A stretch of 64,000 nucleotides of DNA. Origin: Methylotenera sp. Lineage in GTDB: Bacteria > Pseudomonadota > Gammaproteobacteria > Burkholderiales > Methylophilaceae. Position 1 is the stretch's first letter. Each line of letters starts with the position of its first letter. The stretch spans positions 25,091-89,090 of the forward strand of contig NZ_DASWWA010000027.1 of assembly GCF_036401095.1 (NCBI RefSeq). Direction: 5' to 3'. The position numbers were made by a program, and so were the translations under genes. The notes beneath the pieces were generated by a model, which made no database searches, was not told where the DNA came from, and worked only from the letters and a program-made list of their open reading frames with translations. This document shows positions 1 to 7,196 of this stretch, piece after piece.

Positions 1-281
1 CGCTTAAGGCTTGGTTTGGTCAGGCTGGCTTGGTGGTGGCTTCCGGCGTTGCCGGCCTGGCCGATGTGCATGCCTCCACAATTTCAGTCGCTTCTTTAGC
101 TTCTACGATTAAAATCACGCCTGCCAATGCCGCAGTGGCAATACTGGTGGCGGTTTCAACCAATGCCATCTCTAAGGCGATTACAGCCTTGGTGACAGGC
201 GGCAAGGCATTTTTTCAGCAGGTGACCTTGGGGCTGGTGTTGCAAGTGTCGGTGATGTGGTTAGGGTGGTGGTTGTTTTAA
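1..281 (+). CDS. 3' end of DUF4010 / MgtC-SapB-family membrane protein (5'-truncated by window)
   Basis: Frame is open from the window start (LKAWFGQAGLVVASGVAGLADVHASTISVASL...AILVAVSTNAISK...GG..F) to TAA at 279-281. Hydrophobic helices and the G..D...TN..SK pattern are typical of DUF4010. Confidence 0.7.
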   Translation, partial: LKAWFGQAGLVVASGVAGLADVHASTISVASLASTIKITPANAAVAILVAVSTNAISKAITALVTGGKAFFQQVTLGLVLQVSVMWLGWWLF

Positions 282-481
282 TTTTTTACGTATAAGCAGA
301 TAAACAAAACAGGGATAGCGTTTATTGCAACATGCTGAGTTACTAAAGTGCTTTTATCTACAATTTTTGTTGATAAAACCCATTTAAAACAATTGGTTCC
401 AAAAATTCCAGTAGTGGGGGTGCGCTTGTGTGATTTATACTAATGCCAACCCTTTTATTTAACTCAAAACGCTTAAATTAC

Positions 482-2551
482 ATGAACAAAAATATTAAAA
501 CCATGCTTTGGGTCGCCGTTGCATTGCTAGGTGCATTTGCTGTTGCCGGCATAGCGTTGAACCGCGGCGAAAGCATTAATGCATTATGGCTGATTACCGC
601 TGCAGTGTGCGTTTACGTAATTGCTTATCGCTTTTACGCGGCGTGGATTGCCGCCAAGGTGTTAGTGATAGATGAAACCCGCGCCACGCCAGCAGAGCGG
701 CTGGATAACGGTAGGGATTTTGTCCCTACTAATAAGTGGGTGGTATTTGGCCATCATTTTGCTGCAATTGCAGGCCCCGGGCCTTTGATTGGGCCTACAT
801 TAGCGGCGCAGTTTGGTTATTTGCCAGGCACGTTATGGATTTTAATCGGCGCGGTATTGGGCGGCGCAGTACAGGACATGGTTACGCTGTTTTTCTCAAC
901 ACGCCGCAACGGACGCAGCCTAGGGCAGATGGCGCGAGATGAAATCGGCGTGGTCGGTGGTAGCGCAGCACTTATCGGTACGTTTCTTATTATGATTATC
1001 TTAATTGCCGTGTTGGGGTTGGTGGTCGTTAATGCCATGAAGCATAGCCCTTGGGCAACCTCAACCGTAGCAGCTACCATCCCGATTGCCATGATCGTCG
1101 GGGTTTATATGCGCAATATTCGCCCTGGACGTGTGTTAGAGGCTTCTATTATTGGCGTGGTTTTATTATTGCTCTCAGTTGGGCTAGGGGGCTGGGTGGA
1201 TCATCACGAAACGTTGCGTTCACTATTTGACCATGATGGTTTGCCATTAGCTTACGGCATTATTCTGTATGGTTTTGCAGCAGCAGTATTGCCGGTATGG
1301 CTGCTTTTGGCGCCACGTGATTATCTCTCTACTTTCATGAAGCTAGGCACCATTATGTTGCTGGCGATTGCCATCGTGATACTGCGTCCAGATATGCATA
1401 TGCCGGCAGTGACGCAGTTTGTGGATGGCACAGGGCCGATTTTTGGCGGTAAGCTGTTCCCTTTTGTCTTTATTACCATTGCTTGCGGCGCTATTTCAGG
1501 TTTCCATGCATTAATTGCCTCTGGCACCACGCCAAAATTACTTGGTAATGAACGCGATATCCGTATGATAGGTTATGGTGGCATGTTGCTAGAAAGTTTT
1601 GTCGCCATTATGGCGATGATTGCCGCAACGGTGCTGGAGCCTGGCGTGTTCTTTGCCATCAACAGCCCTGCAGGTGTGGTGGGTAAAGAAGCAGTAGATG
1701 CCATTGCCAAAATTAACAGCTGGGGTTTTGCGGTGACGGTAGAGCAAATGCAGCAGCTTGCCAATGATATGGGTGAGTCCACCTTGTTCTCGCGTACTGG
1801 CGGTGCACCAAGCCTAGCAGTGGGTATGGCGAGTATTTTCGGCAGCGCTTTTGGTAAAGAGTTATTGGCGCTTTGGTATCACTTTGCCATTATGTTTGAG
1901 GCCATATTCATCCTGACTACGCTGGATGCAGGCACACGCGTTGGCCGTTTTATGCTGCAAGACTTATTAGGCAACTTTAACAAAAAACTGGGCGAAACCT
2001 CATATACGCCTTCGGTGATACTGACTAGCAGTATTGTCGTGGCAGGTTGGGGCTACTTCTTGTATATAGGCGTGATAGACCCTAACGGCGGCGTTAATAT
2101 TTTATGGCCGCTATTTGGCATTGCGAACCAAATGCTTGCGGCCATTGCCTTATGTGTGGCAACAGGCATTCTAGTGAAATCTGGTAAGTTGAAATATGCG
2201 TGGGTAACAGGTTTACCGCTGGTTTGGTTGGTGACCATTACCACCTCAGCAGCTTACGAAAAGATTTTTAGTGCTGATGCGCGGGTGGGCTTTTTTGCCG
2301 CGGCGAATGATATGGCCGCAAAGTTGGCGGCAGGAACATTGCCAGCTGATAAAGTAAGCGTTGCACCGCAATTGATATTTAACCAGCACTTAGATGCCTA
2401 TCTCACCATGTTTTTTGTGGTGGTGCTGTGGGTGGTAATACTGGATATGGTGCGATTATGCCTGCGCTACTTGAGTGGCAAGCCGGTATTGCAATTATCA
2501 GAAGTGCCGCATGAACCAAGTCGCTTAGTAGAAAACTGGGTGCGCGATTAG
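482..2551 (+). CDS. cstA: Carbon starvation protein A (CstA) peptide/pyruvate transporter
   Basis: GHHFAAIAGPGPLIGP and FITIACGAISGFH motifs, many TM helices. ATG at 482 preferred over 443. Confidence 0.95.
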   Translation: MNKNIKTMLWVAVALLGAFAVAGIALNRGESINALWLITAAVCVYVIAYRFYAAWIAAKVLVIDETRATPAERLDNGRDFVPTNKWVVFGHHFAAIAGPGPLIGPTLAAQFGYLPGTLWILIGAVLGGAVQDMVTLFFSTRRNGRSLGQMARDEIGVVGGSAALIGTFLIMIILIAVLGLVVVNAMKHSPWATSTVAATIPIAMIVGVYMRNIRPGRVLEASIIGVVLLLLSVGLGGWVDHHETLRSLFDHDGLPLAYGIILYGFAAAVLPVWLLLAPRDYLSTFMKLGTIMLLAIAIVILRPDMHMPAVTQFVDGTGPIFGGKLFPFVFITIACGAISGFHALIASGTTPKLLGNERDIRMIGYGGMLLESFVAIMAMIAATVLEPGVFFAINSPAGVVGKEAVDAIAKINSWGFAVTVEQMQQLANDMGESTLFSRTGGAPSLAVGMASIFGSAFGKELLALWYHFAIMFEAIFILTTLDAGTRVGRFMLQDLLGNFNKKLGETSYTPSVILTSSIVVAGWGYFLYIGVIDPNGGVNILWPLFGIANQMLAAIALCVATGILVKSGKLKYAWVTGLPLVWLVTITTSAAYEKIFSADARVGFFAAANDMAAKLAAGTLPADKVSVAPQLIFNQHLDAYLTMFFVVVLWVVILDMVRLCLRYLSGKPVLQLSEVPHEPSRLVENWVRD

Positions 2552-2563
2552 TAGGGGATTGGT

Positions 2564-2755
2564 ATGTTAAAGATGTTAAAGAAATTATGGTGCTATGTGC
2601 GCCATGTTTCAGGTGATGATGCTTATGAGCAATACTTGAAACATCATGCCGAGTTTCACCAAGCCACGGTAGATGCGCCGCCAGCACTATCGCGCAAAGA
2701 GTTCTTTAAGTTATGGCAAGATAGCAAATGGAAAGGCATTAATCGATGCTGTTAA
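2564..2755 (+). CDS. YbdD/YjiX (DUF466) CstA-associated small protein
   Basis: G..AYE.YL.H pattern, C-terminal RCC, directly downstream of cstA. Confidence 0.85.
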   Translation: MLKMLKKLWCYVRHVSGDDAYEQYLKHHAEFHQATVDAPPALSRKEFFKLWQDSKWKGINRCC

Positions 2756-3021
2756 GCTCGGTTAGTGCGCAGCCGTTAGATGAAGCGCAAGTTTCCCGTG
2801 TGATAGAAATGGCGTGGGAAGATCGTACCCCGTTTGAAGCAATCGCTTATCAGTTCGGCCTGAATCAAGATGGTGTGATTAAGTTGATGCGCGCTCACTT
2901 AAAGTTCAGCTCATTTAAGTTGTGGCGTGCTCGCACCCACGGGCAAACGACCAAGCACGCAAAACTAAGGCCAGATACCGTTACTAGACATAAAGCCAAC
3001 CACAGAGTAAAACAGTTTTAA
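2746..3021 (+). CDS. TIGR03643 / DUF2805 family protein
   Basis: IEMAWEDRTPFEAI..QFGL....VIKLMR..LK.SSFKLWR.R motif. Confidence 0.85.
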   Translation: MLLSSVSAQPLDEAQVSRVIEMAWEDRTPFEAIAYQFGLNQDGVIKLMRAHLKFSSFKLWRARTHGQTTKHAKLRPDTVTRHKANHRVKQF

Positions 3022-3058
3022 AAGTATTTAAAGCCTGCAGTGCTTGCTAAGTGAGTGC

Positions 3059-3274
3059 TTACTGAGCTCGCCTGCGTTCCTCATGTACCTCTGCCGCAGC
3101 CACTCTGCGTTCTGGGCCAGCATATTCTACATATTCATCATAACTCAACTCAGTTACCTCAAAATCAGATTTTGAATGGCTGTTATGGGTGCTGATAAAC
3201 TCTGGATTTAGCGGACGTGACTTAGCCGTTTGATGGTTTCTAAAGAACACAAGTTTTAGAAGTTTCTTAATCAT
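3059..3274 (-). CDS. Small hypothetical protein with YxGPERR motif
   Basis: 71-aa ORF with an AGGAG-like RBS upstream (taaggagcc). C-terminus YAGPERR...EERRR. Confidence 0.6.
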   Translation of the reverse strand: MIKKLLKLVFFRNHQTAKSRPLNPEFISTHNSHSKSDFEVTELSYDEYVEYAGPERRVAAAEVHEERRRAQ

Positions 3275-3460
3275 AGGGCTCCTTACATTAACAGATCAAT
3301 AACCCGTCAGATAATAAGCCTAATGATTCGTTGCGCCAAGTTAACAATTGTTAACTGAAGGTTGAGAGAGGGTGCTAGCCAGTAGGTGTACCTAGAAACA
3401 GATTGTAGGTACACCATACAGCTAAGAAAGTTGAATCAGGTTGCTACTGTGCCGCCTGTA

Positions 3461-4261
3461 CTAAAAACCACGTTTTTTATTGCACAAGGCAAACATCACC
3501 ACGCCAATTAAAATCATCGGCAAGCTTAACCATTGCCCCATACTTAAGCCCATAGAGAGTAAACCTAAGTAATCATCTGGCTCACGTGTGTATTCCACAA
3601 TAAATCTGAAGCTACCGTAACCGATTAAGAATAAAGCCGAAATAGTGCCTGTTGCACGTGGTTTTGCTGAGTAGATCCAAAGGATTAAAAACAACAACAC
3701 ACCCTCAAGTGCAAACTCATACAACTGTGACGGGTGGCGTAATGCAGTGTCGACTTTAGGGAAAATCATGCCAAATGGCGCGTTTGTAACTCTGCCCCAT
3801 AGTTCTGCATTGATGAAATTGCCCATACGTCCGGCACCCAAGCCAATAGGGACTAATGGCGCAACGAAATCCATGATTTTTAACCAGTTTTGCGGATACT
3901 TCCTGCCAAAAAGCCACATAGCTACAAGCACACCTAAGAAGCCGCCATGAAAGCTCATGCCGCCTTGCCACACTGCAAAAATCTCTGTGGGGTGGCTGGT
4001 GAAATAGCTTAGCTGATAAAACAAGACATAGCCCAAGCGTCCGCCGATGATTACCCCTAATGCACCAAAAAACAGTGCATCATCAAGCATTTGCATGGTC
4101 CAGCCATGCCAACTTCTATGGTTGATTTGGTATCTGCCTAAAGCTAAAAATGCCAGGAATCCTAGCAAATACATTAAGCCATACCAATGGATGCCAAAAT
4201 TACCAAGGTGGATCGCAATAGGGTCAAACTGGGGGTGAACAAACATGAGCGCTAACATCAA
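3461..4261 (-). CDS. lgt: Prolipoprotein diacylglyceryl transferase
   Basis: [32 protein letters not shown] and HPSQLYE motifs. True start may be 4258 or 4246. Confidence 0.97.
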   Translation of the reverse strand: MMLALMFVHPQFDPIAIHLGNFGIHWYGLMYLLGFLAFLALGRYQINHRSWHGWTMQMLDDALFFGALGVIIGGRLGYVLFYQLSYFTSHPTEIFAVWQGGMSFHGGFLGVLVAMWLFGRKYPQNWLKIMDFVAPLVPIGLGAGRMGNFINAELWGRVTNAPFGMIFPKVDTALRHPSQLYEFALEGVLLFLILWIYSAKPRATGTISALFLIGYGSFRFIVEYTREPDDYLGLLSMGLSMGQWLSLPMILIGVVMFALCNKKRGF

Positions 4262-4386
4262 TTGAATAGAAGTGAGATTTTACCTAAGTTTCGTGAGTTC
4301 ACAATGACTTAGTTGCGCAGATGTAATTTTATGCAGCCCACTAAGCGAATCACAATGCTCACTTAGCGGGCAGTTGGGAATAAAAA

Positions 4387-4686
4387 TTATACTTGGGCAA
4401 TATTCAGGCTTGCTCTGGCTTCAGCCATTGTTTGCTCTGAGTCTTTTAACACATAGCCTTTTTCTAACATTCTCGTCATGTACTGTTTATTGTATAAAAA
4501 GGAAACAATTAGCTGCCATAAGCCAAAAGTGAACAGTGTGAACAGCATATGCAAGGCAGCAACGCCCAGTTCCCCCCTGAATAAAGGCACTAACCAGCCA
4601 AAAAACAGATATGTCCAGCTATATCCAAAGTAGCCATTTTTAGTGAGGCCATTCACTGGGTGCTGAATAATTACTTTTTTTGCCAT
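4387..4686 (-). CDS. Small membrane protein, HrgC/DUF2628-like
   Basis: G.SWT.LFFG...PLFRG...A....YNK.Y...L..GY pattern. AT-rich, with an AAGGAA RBS. Confidence 0.55.
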   Translation of the reverse strand: MAKKVIIQHPVNGLTKNGYFGYSWTYLFFGWLVPLFRGELGVAALHMLFTLFTFGLWQLIVSFLYNKQYMTRMLEKGYVLKDSEQTMAEARASLNIAQV

Positions 4687-4750
4687 GTTGCGTTCCTTTT
4701 TTGTTATGTCGATATGAAGTTGTTACAAAAGATATAAGGTTTAAATAAGG

Positions 4751-4773
4751 CTGGGTAAACCGAACGTTACATT
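4751..4773 (-). other. Truncated/degenerate attC remnant at end of cassette 3
   Basis: The stop codon lies in ATGTAAC followed by GTTCGGTTTACC, resembling the first part of an attC. No matching L'/R' arm or GTTRRRY follows. Confidence 0.35.
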
Positions 4774-5162
4774 TTTACTACTATAGTAGATGCTATAAAG
4801 TCACCTAGCCTGCGATGAGAGCCGAAAAAGATAAATACCCAATCAAGAATACCAAATGGAAAAGTAATATTTCTTAAAAATGATTCAGCCAAGGAGCATG
4901 GCAGCAATGTTTCTTGATTAACTACTCTTATTTTTAACAGCTTTTTCCCGATGCTCTGACCGTTGGGTAGTGCGTCTGAAAACAGAAAGTAAGTTACTCC
5001 AATTGCGATTGCTACAAGAATAGACATGTCCTTACCGATGACTGTATGTAAAAGGTAAAAGGCAATAGCACCCAATAAATAAGCGACAAAACCATCAATA
5101 AATTGACCTTGGAACCTCTTGCCTGGGTGGGCTAACTTTATTGCTCTATCTTGCAAATCCAA
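4767..5162 (-). CDS. RDD-family membrane protein (integron cassette 3)
   Basis: KRF.G.FID...GQSIGK.LLKIRVV...RN...RRLGD.IA.T.V motif. TTG start behind AAGGAG, just after the attC crossover GTTAAGC. Confidence 0.85.
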   Translation of the reverse strand: MDLQDRAIKLAHPGKRFQGQFIDGFVAYLLGAIAFYLLHTVIGKDMSILVAIAIGVTYFLFSDALPNGQSIGKKLLKIRVVNQETLLPCSLAESFLRNITFPFGILDWVFIFFGSHRRLGDFIASTIVVKM

Positions 5163-5176
5163 TTATGACTCCTTCT

Positions 5177-5233
5177 GCTTAACGTCTGAATTGAGGCCGC
5201 TGTTAGGTGTCCCGCTTGAATGATGGGTTAGGC
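5177..5233 (-). other. attC site (57 bp) closing cassette 2
   Basis: Minus strand GCCTAAC-CCATC-ATTCAAG...CTCAAT-TCAGAC-GTTAAGC. 23 nt (5209-5231) are identical to the other attC. Central stem pairs poorly. Confidence 0.85.
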
Positions 5234-5482
5234 TGTAATTTGATAATGCCATAAGCCAATATACATAAATACAATAGATATACCAACATCATACAATGCC
5301 TTGCCAGTATTAACTCCCACTCCTAAAATTTTTGCAATTATCTCAGCCAAAGCGCACCCTCGTCCGTGAGTGAGGCTGACTGTTTGAGAGCTTGCATCAA
5401 GAAATGCAAAAATCAAGAACAACACAGCTATAGAAACTGATAAAACGAGCACAGGAACTCTTTGTTCTTTAGACGCTTTCAC
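5228..5482 (-). CDS. Hypothetical small two-TM protein (integron cassette 2)
   Basis: 84-aa ORF. GTG start 6 nt after GTTAGGC and the stop is the TAA of GCCTAAC, a classic cassette layout. Confidence 0.75.
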   Translation of the reverse strand: MKASKEQRVPVLVLSVSIAVLFLIFAFLDASSQTVSLTHGRGCALAEIIAKILGVGVNTGKALYDVGISIVFMYIGLWHYQITA

Positions 5483-5487
5483 TCTGA

Positions 5488-5547
5488 GCCTAACGTTTGA
5501 ATTAAGGGGCGCGCGTCAGCGCGTCCCGCTTGAATGATGGGTTAGAG
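5488..5547 (-). other. attC site (60 bp) closing cassette 1
   Basis: Minus strand CTCTAAC-CCATC-ATTCAAG-CGGGACGCGC-TGAC-GCGCGCCC-CTTAAT-TCAAAC-GTTAGGC. The bottom strand folds into a clean hairpin with three extrahelical bases (G, G, T). Confidence 0.95.
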
Positions 5548-5924
5548 CGCCAAGCCTTGCCATCTGGGGAAGCCCGCCATTTAGACAAAGATATAAATTC
5601 ACCCTCGGTGTTATCAATATAAATTTTGTTTCCAATTTGGCTGATATAAAAGTCGTGCCAACGGTGGATATGATCGCCTTCGTCAGAGTAAGCGGAAAGC
5701 TTAGAAAAACACTTATTTTTTAAAGTTTCCGTTTCAATTTCCTTTGAAATAATTGGCTTTTTACCTTTATGTGATAACACGTACGATTTCCAGTTTATTA
5801 CTTCAGGAACTGCCCAGAACTTTGAGATAGCAGCAGATTTTTCAGATTCTGAGATATTGCAGACTGCAAAGGAGCTATAACTTACACAAAGAAAAGTTAA
5901 GGTAATAATGGCTCTGAGTATCAT
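5502..5924 (-). CDS. Hypothetical secreted protein (integron cassette 1)
   Basis: 140 aa with an N-terminal signal peptide (..SFA/VC). ATG 3 nt after attI GTTAGAGC. The ORF reads into the attC (...SNPSFKRDALTRAP). Confidence 0.8.
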   Translation of the reverse strand: MILRAIITLTFLCVSYSSFAVCNISESEKSAAISKFWAVPEVINWKSYVLSHKGKKPIISKEIETETLKNKCFSKLSAYSDEGDHIHRWHDFYISQIGNKIYIDNTEGEFISLSKWRASPDGKAWRSNPSFKRDALTRAP

Positions 5925-5927
5925 GGC

Positions 5928-5945
5928 GCTCTAACGTAAAGTAGC
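5928..5945 (-). other. attI crossover site
   Basis: Minus strand GCTACTTTAC-G/TTAGAGC lies between the first cassette and the intI promoter. GTTAGAG is the exact complement of the CTCTAAC R'' box ending cassette 1. Confidence 0.8.
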
Positions 5946-5985
5946 CATCCTATTTGACGCAAAACTTTGCGTCGATGAATGATTT

Positions 5986-6015
5986 TTGTAGTTAATTGAA
6001 TTTAAAGTATATAAT
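5986..6015 (+). promoter_or_regulatory. Candidate sigma70 promoter for intI
   Basis: TTGTAG (5986-5991), 18-nt spacer, TATAAT (6010-6015). It overlaps a divergent TATACT -10 (6006-6011, minus strand) that could be the cassette promoter Pc. Confidence 0.45.
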
Positions 6016-6057
6016 AAAATCATATTGTTATAATTTTTTAGTGCTTCCTAAAATAAT

Positions 6058-7065
6058 ATGATGACTACGTCAAATACCCCAGTGCCCAGCGAGCCTAAGT
6101 TGTTGGATATAGTGCGCGGAAAAATCCGTTTAAAGCATTACAGTATTCGTACTGAGCAAGCTTATTTGGATTGGATTAAACGCTATATTCTGCATTTTGA
6201 CAAGCAACACCCTAAAGACTTAGGGGCGGCTGAGGTTGAGGTGTTTTTAACGCATTTGGCGGTTGTGCGTAATGTTTCTGCAAGTACGCAAAATCAGGCT
6301 AAAAGTGCGCTGTTGTTTTTATATAAAGAGGTGTTAGGTACTGAGTTTCCTTGGTTGGATGATGTTGAGCAGGCAAAAACACCTAAGCGCTTGCCTGTGG
6401 TGTTGACGCAGGATGAAGTGGGTAGAGTTTTAAAGCGTTTAGATGGCACGCAGCATTTGGTGGTGAGTTTGCTTTACGGCACCGGGATGCGCATTTTAGA
6501 AGCGCTGCGTCTGCGGGTGAAAGATGTGGATTTTGCGCGTAAAGAGATTTTGATTCGTGATGGTAAGGGGTTTAAAGACCGCATCACGATGTTGCCAGTG
6601 AGTTTGATTGCACCGCTTAAACTGCATTTTGAAAAAGTTAAAACTTTGCATGAGGCGGATTTGGCGCAAGGTTATGGTGCAGTGTATATGCCGCAAGCTT
6701 TAGGTAAAAAGTATCCATATGCGGCACGAGACTGGGGTTGGCAGTATGTGTTTCCTTCAGGCAAGTTGTCGGTTGACCCGCGTAGTATAGATGAAAATGG
6801 ACAGGGTGAAACGCGCCGTCATCATGTGCAAGATCAGGCGATTCAGCGTGCGGTGCGTCAGGCAGTGGTTGACGCCGGGCTTACCAAGCCAGCTACGCCA
6901 CATACGTTTCGGCATAGTTTTGCCACTCATTTGCTTGAGAGCGGTTACGATATCCGTACAGTGCAGGAGTTATTAGGACATAGCGATGTTGCTACCACCA
7001 TGATTTATACGCATGTGCTTAACAAGGGTGGGCGTGGGGTGGGTAGCCCACTTGACGCTTTATAA
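6058..7065 (+). CDS. intI: Integron integrase (tyrosine recombinase)
   Basis: [74 protein letters not shown], plus the IntI-specific insert [21 protein letters not shown]. Confidence 0.97.
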   Translation: MMTTSNTPVPSEPKLLDIVRGKIRLKHYSIRTEQAYLDWIKRYILHFDKQHPKDLGAAEVEVFLTHLAVVRNVSASTQNQAKSALLFLYKEVLGTEFPWLDDVEQAKTPKRLPVVLTQDEVGRVLKRLDGTQHLVVSLLYGTGMRILEALRLRVKDVDFARKEILIRDGKGFKDRITMLPVSLIAPLKLHFEKVKTLHEADLAQGYGAVYMPQALGKKYPYAARDWGWQYVFPSGKLSVDPRSIDENGQGETRRHHVQDQAIQRAVRQAVVDAGLTKPATPHTFRHSFATHLLESGYDIRTVQELLGHSDVATTMIYTHVLNKGGRGVGSPLDAL

Positions 7066-7196
7066 GGCGTTGGCGTAGGTTTTAGTACTTTTGTATAATG
7101 AAGTCATACGTTTCTTTCACATTTCTTTGGCTAGTTGGCGCTAGCTAGTCTAAAATCATACTTTATCTATTAATCAATTTTTTACGGATTTTTATC

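Larger units (their letters stand above)
4767..7065. mobile_element. Chromosomal integron: intI + attI + three cassettes
   Basis: intI is divergent from the cassette array. R''/R' boxes are complementary within cassettes 1 and 2. No flanking transposase genes. Confidence 0.9.

Noticed and set aside
20-205. Minus-strand 61-aa ORF
   Set aside because: It is the antisense shadow of the plus-strand DUF4010-type gene, which carries the recognisable motifs.
2564-2755. Possible selenoprotein (the YbdD/YjiX family has Sec-containing members)
   Set aside because: It ends CGA-TGC-TGT-TAA (Arg-Cys-Cys-stop), with no in-frame TGA.
4335-4378. Hairpin after the 99-aa gene as a fourth attC
   Set aside because: There is TCCCAAC on the minus strand, but no GTTRRRY at the far end and no L-box or extrahelical-base pattern.
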